Source of the DNA: Balanoglossus misakiensis
Taxonomy: Eukaryota > Animalia > Hemichordata
Direction of reading: 5' to 3'
DNA: 64,000 bases
Assembly (NCBI GenBank): GCA_040954595.2
Contig: CM082583.2
Span: 5,702,849-5,766,848 of the forward strand
Shown here piece by piece: positions 50,201 to 64,000 of this stretch (positions within the stretch are counted from its first letter, which is position 1; each line of letters begins with the position of its first letter). The translations under genes were made by a program, and so were the position numbers. The notes beneath the pieces are model-generated. The model did not search any database. It saw only the letters and a program-made list of their open reading frames with translations, and had not been told where the DNA came from.

Positions 50201-53200
50201 ATTGAACACTTCACACTTCCACGCGATTGACAACTGTTTGAATGGCGTGGTTATTGTTTCCCAGGGACGCTTCTGAAAAGCACTGAAACCAGATTTCTCC
50301 CAAAATCATCGTTGTTTCATAAGCTCGTGTACTTTTTCGTCGATAACTTTATGTTGTGTGTGTTTATAAAGCCAACTACTGTCGTTGTGTGGTGTAATTC
50401 TTTATGCTTGGACCTGTTTGGGCCGATTTTCATAGAGCCAAGATCGTTGGTGTTGTCTGTTGTCAGTCAAACGGCATTAAGATTCGCCACTGATTTGGGG
50501 GGTCTTTTATACCCCGCACCGGTTTCAAATATACAGTACAGTACAGCACAGACATTTAACAAAACGCACCATTTTTAGGCTGCATGTGTATGTTCAAGAT
50601 GCTGTTATCACATTTGTAGTTCTAATCGTTTTCAGTCACTCCGCGATTCACAACCTATTTGTCGCCAATGATGCGGCATTGACTGGTTAGCATATATCAT
50701 TAATTTGTTTCCATGAAAGCAATGTCGTACTTGTACCTGCATGTACTATTATTGTACGAGAAATCGTGTTAGACCTCCTTCAGTTTCGCTAAACTTCTTC
50801 CTGACATGTCGACGTGGCTTCGCAATGGGTGCCTGTAATTGAACGGCAGTGCGTTTCATTGGAAAGCAATCAACAGATGATTTCTGGAATAGGGTTACTA
50901 AGAATGCCCCGTTTGATTAAAATATCCATCGTCGAATGTTTAAATCGTAAAGTATATGCATCCTTACTATGTATGAGGTATCTAATATAGGGTTTAGGGA
51001 TACACCATTGACATCTTCCGAATTTTCTGTGGGCAGACTACAAAATTCAGCATGTGCAGTTTGTTATGATTCAGCTTTGTCGACTTTTTGTCCAGTACGC
51101 CGACACCAGTCCGTTACGGTTCATTCGATATCGCTGGTAAATTAACGGAGCGGGCTCTCGTCTTTCTCAGTATGTATAATTAGTGTTGATAGAACGTATT
51201 GATTAGATAACCGACGTTGGAAAATTAATATTCCAGCAGCTGACAGGGCTCGCTGTTGGACATCTCTGCGTGTGTTCCCTGGCTTTTTGTAGTAATGTTG
51301 CCCGCGAACGCCTGCCTTCCAAACGAGGTCACTCACACACTGGATTTCGTTATTTCCACACAAAGTACAGTGTAGTGGATGGAATATTCGGTGGCGCAAA
51401 CCTTAATCAAAGTCCACGTGACCACAATCAAAACCATGTAGGCTAGTGACCACTGACGATAGCCGACGTCATTTTCGTCGAAAGAATGGCGGAATTAAAT
51501 ATGCCTTTCGAGTGCCACGTTTGATACCATTTCTCAGTCACAGATGTGTACCACAATAGCGATGCAATGATTAAAGTACAAGCGACCTTGTGCAGTTCGG
51601 GAAATTATCATGGTAAATATTTCATCAACGCGAGGCCTACCAACAAATATGGCGGCTGTATAAAAATGGCAGCCCCGTGAAATCTAATTGTCTAAATTGA
51701 TTTAAATTCGGAATGCCAGAAATATGCCTATTTTGCGCGTTTATTGAGGGTCCAAGCGTGTAATCACAGATAATATACGAGATGTATTGTGAGTATTTTA
51801 GGAATACTCGTACATAGGCCTCGTTTTATCTTCTGAAAATCTGGTTAAATATGTCATATGTGAAGTAAATTTCTGAACTATTTTAGATACATGTGTTTGA
51901 TGATAGTTCCGTTGCTGGTTGTCCGGTAAATAAGATTATGGATACCCTTTAGTATACGTACGACAAAAATCGAACTACAATGATTATCGCTTCACTCACT
52001 CTCAAATTCACGGTAAAATTGATCTAAAGGGGCTCCCCACATGTGTTCTTTACTAAAAGCGTTAAATATTGCGCCCGACTGATTCCAATCCTGGATTCCG
52101 TGCATTCTGTCAATACACATGTATATGTCAATGAATGAACTCTTCAAAATTGCAATATCGGAATTGAAGCGTTTGGTACGATCCATATCTGACTGGATAT
52201 ATCGTTTTACATATATAGGTGTGGCATAAACGACCGGACTTGTTTTGGATGATTTGTGAATTCCAGGTATCTGTCGTGCATAAGCTTTCGTCATACCCTC
52301 TTTTCAGCACAGATTAATATTTGACTAGTTCATTAAGGGTTTCAAATTGAGACATTAGTACCTGTATGATTTGGCTCGGACAATGGTGAATGTATTAGGT
52401 ATTTATGGAATGGCGTTACCACACGCTGTATACATGGATTGTTACTGGTGCCAGCCGACGTTGACTCCCCCCTCCTATTACATTCATTTACGTAAGCATG
52501 CAACGCTTTATCCGAGGCACAATATTTTAGATGTGAGGAATTTCTTTTAAGTCACAGAAACTTTCCAAAAGTCTAGTATCAAACATTCGTTGCTGCCAAG
52601 GTCAAAGTGACAAAGGAGACTTTAAACCAGCTACAGTTGAATACTCAGCAGGCTTACGTAACGCGGTCAATGAACCGTAGAAACAGTGCCAGCAACACTT
52701 CTTGTATATCGATACAGAGGCAACGACCTTGATTTGAGTTGCATATGATTAATAAACAACACATAAGCCACAAGCTGCAAACCGGCATCAGATATTGAAC
52801 TTGAAAGAATCACTGTATTATAAAGGAAAAGGGATGCTGCAGTCGAAGTCGTTATATACCTATACGCAGCTGACGTGTACTTACTAATTGATGTATGTCG
52901 AGATCTAGCTACCCAATTGCGTTTCCAATTGTTGGCGACTTTAGTTCGACAAAACAGAAACTCGCGGGATAAAGAATGTTACAGAAACCCTCGTAGAACA
53001 GGAATGAGCTATGCTCTCGGCGAATGTTTCTCAATTAGATTTCTGTTGTGCCATGACAAGCGAAATCGCCTGGATACATTCAAATTGATTAGGATGTATA
53101 CAACCAATATATATGGCGTTATATCTGAGGATAAGACAGGGAGTTTAGAATCGAAACGTTCAACTACAAAGATATATCACATTTACTGATATACCCTTTT

Positions 53201-54570
53201 GGAGAAAAAAAGAACACCCCTTTGTCGTGCTCGGTTTGTTAGTCATCTTAAAGATTGCGTATAGCTTCGAATGAAAGATTTATAGATTTGCAAAGCTTGC
53301 ACAAAGAAACGCCGGGTGAGGAAATTCAATTTTCTTGGATTACGCCCCTTTGACCCTTTGTCAGTAGCTTTAATTACCAAGTTGGTGCGCGATCCTGTGC
53401 AGATTTTGATCGATCACGTGTCAAAATCTTCTAAAGGTTTTAGTACACGTGCACGGTCATACAATAAAATTCGACCAATATGTCAGACGAGCCAGTGGCG
53501 GTGTGTTGATTAGGGGATGTACACGTAATAGGTGGCAACATATTTTATGGAAAATGAAAGCTAAAACAAACAATTATAACACGTACGTGCCCCTGAAAAG
53601 AATTAATATAAATCGAAACGCCGCTAACCTTTATTCTACTTCGAATAATCGGAAGAAATCATGTCTTGCAACAAAACAGCATTAAGGGAAGTAAGCCCTT
53701 AGGAAGACAACAATGGCCCCGATATACCACTTGTATGCTAATATCAATCATTTGTGGCCTGAGGTATAGTCAAACATCACAGAGAAGTAAAACAGTTACG
53801 GGGTTGAATTCACGGCCAGTGTTTAACTCACAACCATGACTCAACAATTAAACGCCTTCGAAACTAAATATAGCGCAACACGTCAGCGTTTAAATGCATT
53901 ATATTCAAATTATACCCCATTTCGTCAACACGGGATCATTAACGTTTTCTTCTGTCATTTTCATGCAATCATTTATCTTGTTCATTGTCATTTCAGATAA
54001 ATATCATTATTATGAGCAAGGGTAATTCGCTCGTTATGAAAAACGGCACCTGAAAGTCGTGATGAACCGTAAATGATAATGGGCATTTCCTCATAATCTC
54101 TGTCTTCCTGTTTATAATGAACCTTGAAAAAAAAGCCACGTTCGCTCTTTGTAATGAACCTTGAAATATTCATGTGGAACTGTAGACGTTAATTAGCAGC
54201 ACTTTGAAAGTGTATCCATATTGTAGAAATGTACTGGGTATTAGGCGGAGAGTGAGGTGTACATGATCTTACATAAATTCACATCGCCAGTTCTGCTGAG
54301 AAAATCGATTGTTTACTCGCTTCCTTTAAATGTCAAGAATCATTTGACCCGGTTGGTGAGTCTCTCTCGGTCGTGAGATTGTTTTGCCACAGCTCCAGAA
54401 GGAATACACACTACCTGTGTAAAGTCACTGTACTCTGTCTCAGAAATGCTGGAATAGATAATTTTCCGCCCATTGCGAGATCTCGCGAGACTTGGTTAAT
54501 TACAATGTACAGTAGTTGGTGGCCAAGTAATACAATCAAGCTTTGTATGAAAGTAGAATCGAGTTTCATA

Positions 54571-54751
54571 CATAGATACATAGATACATAGATACATACA
54601 TACATACATACATACATACATACATACATACATACATACATACATACATACATACATACATACATACATGTACATGTACATGTACATGTACATGTACATG
54701 TACATGTACATGTACATGTACATGTACGTACATACATACGTGCACATACAT
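54571..54751. repeat. Compound microsatellite (CATAGATA)n-(CATA)n-(TACATG)10
   Basis: Directly visible; TACATG x10 at 54665-54724. Confidence 0.97.
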
Positions 54752-57700
54752 ACTATTCGGATCTTCAGAGCAAACATCCCAATCTCAACGACAACAAATA
54801 TGCTGTTTGAGATCATGTGAACGAAGGAGAACTGGGGATTATGAGTCTGGAAAAGGGCATGAAAGAATTCCCTTTCAACGCACAACTAGGTTATTTTGTA
54901 CGTTGCATTTAATCCGAAAACTCCCTGTAATCTTGACACGTTTTGGCCAGTAGATTGACAAGGAAGAAACAGAACACAACAATTACCCTTTATCTACAAT
55001 TTATCTACCTTCGATTAAGCTTCCGCGTTTGTCTTAAATCACAGCACACTGTCGTTCTCGTGTTTGCCAGCACAATAATGAATGTCTGTGGTTATTCTGA
55101 GAAATGTTATTAAGTCCGCGGTCATGATACAAAAAAAAAGGCGCAGCGGAAATCTTGTCATCAGGGGCTCAGAGCACGTTCTATGTCACTGAGGAATAGC
55201 ATTACTGAGGGAAAATGCATTTTCCACCGATATTCAAACAAGTAGGCAATCATTCAGCCCGGGCCTTTTCATGCCACTACCCGCCATTAGCTGTAACAAC
55301 GTTGTATTTAGAGCACAACACGTGTGCGTCAAACGAGGAAGGCGGCAAATTGTCAGGCCTCCTCTCCGTTTGTGCTGTGAAGAAATCGTCAGATCATACG
55401 GCGGCAATTAGAGATGCATGCGGTAGCGTCAGAAGCCTGTGAGAATAACTCTTCGGTGGCGATGACCCCAAAAGGCGTGCTGTAAAATATCTTAATCTTG
55501 AACAGCATTCGAGCGCAGATGTGTTGAACATTTTAAGAGCGGTCCCTGTATTTGTTCTCCTGCTAGCTTCAATGTACATGCGAATCTTTCAAGGATTTTC
55601 GTACTGTTCATGGTAACACACATATATTTTATTAGACCAAGAAGGAATATGTGTTTCCGGAACCGTAACATATATACCACGTCAGAATCAACCTCGTATC
55701 CCGGGCAAAACTTTTTTTTCTTCACTAGAATTAAAATCCCGCGAGATTTGGTAAATGTTGAACGTTGAACGTTAATTGCCATACATGTACGTCATGCTGC
55801 CCAACGTGATTGCCGCACCGGAAACAAATTAATGATAACTAAAAATCCAAAACAACCTATACCTACAATGTTTTCCAAGGGATGTATGACATGTATAAGA
55901 AAAGCGCATCTTTTCAATATTTTGGCCTAACATTGAGATAATGTGCCTTAAGCGAATTAATATGTACTGGTTTATAGTTGCTGTTTGGTTGGCCTTGGAA
56001 TGCCGCTCATGACTGAAACGAAGACTAAAAGTTTGGTTTTCAGTTTTGGTGTATTCATTCAGTGGTCACAACCGTGTCCCGATGACAACAATCATTTATA
56101 TGTTCTGGTTAAGATCTGATATGGCATAAAGTTTTCCAGGGGGTAGGACTCTATATGTGAAATGTACAATTGTCACGATGAAAGGCTTGTTTGCATTTCT
56201 TTCGGTTATGTCGATGATACTCAGCTGCATTTTATGTTAACCACAATGCGAGATCTAGTTGTTTCTTCCAACCGTGGACTCTGCAATATTACTCAGTAAA
56301 CAGTAAGTCGTGTATACTGGATATTCGTGTACAGAGTCAACACGTTGGTCTTGTACTTTGACGTGACACGCACTTGGTCAGAAAAACTAAACAAACGCTC
56401 TTTGGACGTACGACAGACGAGCGTATTTAAGATAATGTCAGTGAACAAGTATGCGCGAGCAAAAAGCAAATATTGTAACACTTCGGAAGGTCTCTGGTCG
56501 ATAAAGGAATACGGGGCGAATATCGTGTGCGGAATAAAATCCCCCGATGTATTAGAAATTGTATAGTGGGGTTTGACACGGCCAGGGTTGTTAATTGGCG
56601 GGTCTCGTCCTATGATATGTACACACATGACAGAGTGTTTGCAAAGACGTTCTAAAAGGTTCAGGCGTGCCCTTAGCCGTTGTTCGCATCCTACCTATGC
56701 ACACAGCTTTAAGCGGAGCCCACGCACAGCTGCTCACTCCATCCAAGTTGACCCCTGACCCTAAAAGTAGATATCACATTATAAGGGATAACCTCAACTT
56801 TCATACAAGCATAACCACTTGTGAAGGAGCAAGAAGTGTATATAAATATTAAATGATTTCGGTTGATAGATAAACAAATTGTTTCCGCTCTTGAACCGAC
56901 CAGAGGAAGGAAGAAGGGGCAACTGTATAAGTACATGTGCATTGAATGAACATGAGTGGATGATCGGAAGGGTACTTATAATGTCATCCACTGTGTGTAT
57001 AGATGCGCATTTCTCACTGCACAACACTGCAGGCCAAAATCAAATACAGTAAGGTGTATTCGCGTGGATGGTCTTGCGAGCATGCGTACACGTAAGATAA
57101 AGCTGGAGTGAATCAAGTTATAATTGCGTGTAATTGTCAATGCCTTTATTAATTACGCCGCAATTAAAATGGCCATTCATGTATAGAAAGGAATAATCCC
57201 TAGAGTAAACATTTTTTTAATTATTTTTCCGACGCCAAGTACGACTTACCTTTTGTTTATAGAGTGGTTCAAAAGTTTTCGTTTCCCATCCGCGCCCGCT
57301 TTTGACGTCATTTTTCTTACAAGTGGCATGCCTATTATCCTGATGAAGAGTTATAGTTGGATGCCCTTAAACAAGCAACAAAACGGTTCCGCCTATGGGG
57401 ATTGGGATGTGGTTTGTAAGAATGGGTAGATTAATATTGGCATGGCGTGGCTAACATTCACGAAACTTTTGTCTCAGGCTTGTTTTGAACGTCTTGAGCG
57501 AGAGCTGGTGGCGAGGAAGTGGTGGGCATTCTTTATCAAAGAGGGGGGACATGAGTCATCCTTAATTGTATACACAGTGCAAACGCCGCCCAGGGCAGGT
57601 TAGACATTAAAATTGATGTTAATTTTTTTGACTGGGAATGGTATATTGGATATCAAACCCTGACTTGTTTGCCATCAGATGAATGGCATATATACTAATA

Positions 57701-60700
57701 ATAATACGCATTAAATCATTGCTGGACCTTCTAAAAATAAACCCACGCAAATTCCAAGTCGCCGAGTGCCTCTGGGGTCAGACTACAGACGATAGGTTTT
57801 AATTAATTTGGGGGTATGCCACCTATCGATCAGAATTACCAGGTTTAGCCGGTTGAAGCTGAGCCAAAAGTGAGAAAACGTGATTGATTGATAGATGCGT
57901 GTAGGTGATTTGCTGTGTAGTTGAAGAGGTAAATGTGCTCGATGACTACGAGGCAAAGGCTATACCAACCACTCGATATGTCTCAATACTGGGGCGGAGA
58001 CATTATCTTGCGAGACATCAAACAACGTTTACGCTTCTCGAAGTCGACGAAGATACATGGGCGATGTGCGTTCGATGTTAGAAATGTGTCGTGAACTGGT
58101 TGCAATATACACTGTAGCTTGTATGGAGCCCCGTGACCACAATGTGAATTTTCACCCTAGTCAATTTCACTTGACGCATCAAGAAGAAGTTAGCCGGGGA
58201 AGAAGCGCAAAATAGCGTGTATTTTCTTCTCCGGTGCCCTGGCTGTTTCTGTTCAGATCACGTTTCAACGTCGTTAATAATGAATAAAGTGGTGACAAAA
58301 ACATGAGCGAAATATGATAAATTTTTAATTGAAAAGCTGCCGCGCGTCATTGTAGCGAGCACGGTGCGTGCCATGTCGATTGCACTGTTATTGTGTCGCC
58401 CTGTATCCCGTCATAAGTGCACGAGACTATTTTTCAATTATTAATAGGTTATCCTTATTTGTCCCATATATTTCATTCACTTTAGGAATTACAAAAACCA
58501 TCGGCCGTAATTCCAATGTAAAATTATCTCCCGATGTTTTTTTTTGGAAACTTCAAGTTTAACTTATAGTTTAATCTCTGCAACCATTTCATGTTGATGT
58601 CTCGATTTAAGTCCCTCTAAACCGTCTTCGAACGCTTACATGTATATAGCTGAGCCTGTGTGTAACGTATGCCCCAATGATTTAAATTGTCCACGTCGGA
58701 ATCCCTTAATACCGATCTTCTCGAAAGGCATGCCGGGAAGAAAAGTTCGAAGGTATTCAAACTGATTGGAATGCTCGTTTAAACCCCCAAGTCGTTTTTT
58801 TTTTCAAACATCGATTTTCAGCAGCTTAAGTTATGCACTATATGTATGCATCAAATGGGCCCCTCCTAATCTGGACTTAGGGTTTCCAATTAAAGTAATT
58901 CCCCTCGCACAAGTTGGAATTCGATTTCTTGTCTTATTCCGGCCGAAGAAGAAGACGTTTACACGGCCAACGCCGGGCGTAATTGGCATAAATCTGCTTT
59001 TAAAAATATTCACCATGTGTACACTGTTTCTGGTCGAGGAGATTAAAAACGATTTGGGTTGAAACTGGCGAAATTAGATTTCAGTCGGTGTCGCGCGTAA
59101 GCGGCTAGCTAGGCCCCGTCCACGTGATGGTATTGCGCGTTCTTTAAAACAGATTAAGGAAGGCTCGATTCAGTCAATAGCGGGACATTAGCTTGGCGAC
59201 CGTGGCCGTGTGGCTTAGGGAGCGCTTACGGTTGTGTGGCGAGTCTTAAATCTTGTTGACGTCTCCTGATGAATGTTGCAAGGAGGGTTGTTTTAATCAA
59301 AAAGGCCCGCGTCGAGTAAACAAGTTCGGCACGTGTGTGTAAGTTATTCTGACAATTGTCGAGCTGTTGTTATAGGATGCGCCAGGAGGATCTGTAGCCC
59401 AAGGTAATTGGCCAGATGCCGGGTTCATTAGTGCCGATTTCAAGAGTGCAAATATTAATTAAAACTGGCTTACTAATTACTAATAAAGACCAGAATTAAG
59501 GCAAGCACAGCATCGTCCGTAACCTGTTTCGTGTTACGTGTATTACACGCTAAGGGTTCCAAAACCAACGCAAGTAGTCAAATCTTTAAATGTTCTAAGT
59601 ACTGTTGTCCAGCCATGTAAATGTCAACCCTAATTGAATTTTACTTAAAAATAGAATGATTACTCGTACTTGACTGTCGCGTTTAAAAGTTTAGCAGCAT
59701 TTAAACACTCCATAAAGCGGCAAGGCGTTATTGACGCCCGAAGGACACACGCCGCTTATATCGATCGGAATCGTGTGAGATAGCATCTCGAAAACTGCTT
59801 TTTCAACATTTAACGTTTGCATCCAACTCCATGTGGCACTTCGCCAGTTTTTTTGTTTTATTCATTCCAACATGTTGTGTAATAACTGATAGTCATTTAT
59901 CGAAGCCCACATATAGCGAATTCAAATTCTAAGGATCGACCGGCGATAAAACGTTACGACAGTGTTTAATATCGACGTGGCCATTGCACATGTATGAACG
60001 CCGTAAAAAATAAGTCGCTGGGGCGAGGAAGATTTAATTTCGGTGCTGATGATTGCCAGTTGATTCGTTTTGGTGATAGTATCTTTGTCAACAACGTCAG
60101 CGATGCGCATATGTTATTGTACCCCGAGTGATAGCTTAACTCCCGTGGTACAAATGATAACCCTGAAGGCATGAATAAGCTCTCGGTTCCCAGGTACAAA
60201 AACCACAATTCACAATGCAGCCACCGTATATTTGTTTTTAAGATTTAACTATGATTGACACTGGTGTAAACACATACCATATTTCACATGTGTCATCATG
60301 ACATCGCATATGCAGATTATTGCCATGGCAACAGCTCCTCTCTCTATCGCCCAGTTCGATCCCTGACTACCCGCACAGTTTACAGCTACACTTTCTACGC
60401 CGCTTCCTGTCAGATGCTGGATGTTAAAGGCGAATGATTAACCACAAAATGAGCATTTGTTCCCGTGTGGGATGTCGGCACTTGAAGAGTCAAGTGTCAA
60501 GTTTTGACATTATTAAAAGATGTCCTGCACCTGTGAGTGTTTTGCTATGCCGCCATGAAATGCGTGGGTTCATCGCTGATTGCAGGCGATAATAAGTACA
60601 GTGAAAGTTCAAAGTTCAATTCTTTATGTAGCATTTTGGTTCATCGCAATGCAGGATTCATGTCCATTTAACCGAGAAGTTCAGTTCGAAAAATAGTATG

Positions 60701-60874
<174 letters not shown>

Positions 60875-63800
60875 ACCAACTACTCGACCAATGCACTCAA
60901 CAGGCTATATAGATGCAATGTTGACGGATGCGAGAAGAGATATGGTGGCTAGGAAGAGTCTGATCTGCTTGTAAAACGTTTTTCGACGTCAGTTGACAAG
61001 TGTTACACTGCACTAACGATTGAGCACTTCTTGATAAGTTTTTGTTATCAACATAAAATATCGTCGTCATTGTAATTGGCAAAAACTGTAGATGTTTGTC
61101 CAAAACAGTTTGGCAACGTTTGCAAACGGTGGTAATTCAGTAACCATGTACTGGTAAATAAGTTGAAGGAAACCAAACTATGTTGGGCAAAGTTTCATCG
61201 TGTCTGTAAAAAGTGTTTTACACAACGAAATCTTTCAGAATCACACCCGGCGGACGAATAAACACATGTCTCTTGCATGTTGTTCAATTGGGTTTTTAAT
61301 ATTTCGCCGACTATGGATGGATTGGGTCGAGTTTTTAAAATCTCAATTTCGTCGAGGGAGATATTCCATCGGCGACAGTTGTAAAGGAATTGGGGAATAA
61401 CAATTCTTTGCAAACTGCCCCGAGTATGGGTACATTCCGCCATGCGTATTGAATGGACTCGGTAAACCTGGCCCGGAGGAGAGAAAAATTATCCGATTAC
61501 TCCCTGGGACAGACTGGCGACGATTGCTTCTTCAAGCCGCATTTTTTCCCTCGCCATACATGTAGCCCGTAACCATACACCCGGAGAGTTTAGAGAGTTT
61601 AATCAACACACAAAAATGCGTGTGCTAAAATGACTTTCGCAAACTCGAGCTCTGGAAACAACAATCTGGAGTTCAGAACTTTCAAAGCAACACCCCCCCC
61701 CCCTCTCCACAACAAGTTCACGACACCTGGAATCTTAATGAAAATTCAACTGCCGGAGAAAATCCGACGTCATTTATTTTTCAGCAAGAATGTTTTGTAT
61801 CTGGCGGAGATTGGAAACGCCTTTGTTCGAATGTTTTCAGGCTTTTCTTTGATTTTCTTGTTTAATTTTCCATTTAACGCTGCGGCCTTCTTGAATTTCA
61901 ATAGTATCTGTCGGTTCAGCGTGGCAAAGCCTCGTAACCCTACACGGACTTTCGCAGCATCCCGTTTTGTTCATTAGCCGGGCTTTGTATCGTGCACAAA
62001 AACTAAGACAGTTCTATTTAGTCCTACCCAACACCTTGGGGGTATTTGGGCCTGCTTCGTGATCACCTGGCTTTGAGTGTTTGCACACTAATCCCGTCGG
62101 TTTGTAAAGCAGCGCAAACTCTCCGAGGAGGATTCAGGGAGAGCGTGCGTAAACGCGGGGAGGCCGCGAAACAGTCATTCCGGCAGGATTTGAAACTACT
62201 CCCGTAAATTCCGCCCCAAACAAAGGCGATAGGAATTACTCATTGCCGGGTAAGCATTAAATCTGCGCTCGGCGGTGCGTGTATGGTTTTGCGATGTGCA
62301 GTCATCCCACCAAACAAAAACCGGCAAACTGACTCAGTCAACACAAATTGGTTCTTTTATCCGATCAGCGTGGGCTAAGAGTAGACAACCCTCTTCAGTC
62401 GCGAAATTAAAGCTTCCTCATAACGCAGGTTGTCTTTGAAGCAAATCCCACCTGACAACACATTTGCACGAGTTTCCTTGTTGGGGGATGGGGGTGCGTT
62501 TCGCAAACAGGACATCAGTAATCGCGCCGTCGTAAAGTCCGCCGTCGTTTTTACGGCACTGGGCATTACGACGTTATAATCACGGCCATTGTAAATGGCA
62601 ATGTTAATGACAGGGGCGTCCTCTTCAAAAGATATATGAAAACGAACCGTTTATTAGCAACGACATGTCAAGTCACCGAATATCTCGTTATTGGCCGAGA
62701 CGTTAATGGTTCCAACTGTTCCAATTATATAGAAATTACTGCGGCGGTAGGAGCTAATTTAGATCCTGTAACACGATAGAAACGGACAGGTTCGTGCCGG
62801 TCCTTAGTGTATATGTATGTCGATATATTACTCGTACTCATTTGCAAGAATTTAGTCAGTGCACAGTTTTTCAAGGATCGTCTCAGGCAGAAGAATTGTC
62901 GACAAGCGGGTCAAAGTGTTGCTTGTTGTAACGCACTAACTTTAATTCTCCACAAAAATTCCGGATAACTGGAAAATTACAAGTTGTGTTGTACTTGTAG
63001 TTGTGTTTCACAGTACTGTTCCAATCTACAGCTATTCGAACATCCCCTTGGGCATTTTATCAAAAGCGGGTTGATAGCCCGCATTTGGTTTCGCGACTGG
63101 TATTTTCAGTATGTTCCCGACCATCGCAATGGCTTCCGAAAGCACCAACCCGCTTATTTTTTTTTGACCCTGGAATACGTGATGAACTTGCAGCTCCCTT
63201 GTATAATAATGGCAGTTTGCCAAGGAGCGGTCAATTATAGCTGAATCAGACCTATCTTTATACAGCTATGTGACAACTGTCACCTAGCATACAGTCTGAA
63301 GGTTAAGGCTCCAGCATGTCTGCAGTCTGTCACAGATCCTTCGTTGAAAGGTACGCATTAAAGGTAACGAGAGAAGGTCACTATTTCCCAGTTTCTGATT
63401 GATAGTTGCTCAATCGTTGCCCCGACTAGAGGACTTCTTTCACTTTGCATGTAAAATAACATTAATTTTTGACTAATATAAAAAGATTACATGCTGAATA
63501 GATGCACTTGCGACCGTCGTTCTTAAAGATACTGTAGGATAATCAACGCAAATAGACATTTCACTACTATTAAAATATAATCATTGTATTGTGGAATTAT
63601 TTTGAGAAGATGCATATTGTTATCAGCTATCAGGGATCTATTTTCAAACGTTTGTATTACCGTTTGCAAAAGTTCCATAGCAGTATCAGTCTTGTTGCAC
63701 CGGCTTACTGTATATACGTAATAAGATAATGCAAAGCAGAATTAAACAAAATAAGTAAATCATGCATTCCGTCGAATGACACAGCTTCGTATGCAATCTA

Positions 63801-64000
63801 TAGAATTGCGGACACCCGCTGGTTTGTTGTATTCGGACTCATCTCTCCAAATAATGACAGACGCGACAGGAAACTGAATCCCAAACATTCAGGTAACATC
63901 AAAGTATACACGTATATAACACAGACGACCTCAGTCCATTAATCTAAGGTCCTATGAACATTCGAGCTGATAAAATCGTAACCTGTCCATAAACCAACTG

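Noticed and set aside
60354-60364. GTTCGATCCC B-box-like motif (tRNA or SINE)
   Set aside because: There is no A-box or cloverleaf around it.

Overview
This window is eukaryotic (animal) genomic DNA, moderately AT-rich and without obvious CpG depletion. An invertebrate bilaterian, possibly a marine deuterostome, is my inference. Only one convincing gene is present: a class A GPCR with an intronless CDS (5906-6988, +, 360 aa) resembling the orphan receptor GPR150 of the vasopressin/oxytocin/GnRH-receptor superfamily. It has a predicted TATA promoter, a non-coding first exon, a 3.4-kb 5'UTR intron and a roughly 3.6-kb 3'UTR. The other ~53 kb is a gene desert with microsatellites, transposon relics and dense transcription-factor motif clusters (homeodomain, CTCF, RFX, nuclear-receptor direct repeats). 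The most notable non-obvious element is an intact minimal type I hammerhead ribozyme (15239-15279) in a Penelope-like retroelement remnant. Next to it lies a disrupted Myb/SANT-like (Harbinger-type) exon. Nearly all other ORFs in the track look like chance, repeat-derived or antisense-shadow ORFs. I saw no CRISPR array, tRNA or rRNA.
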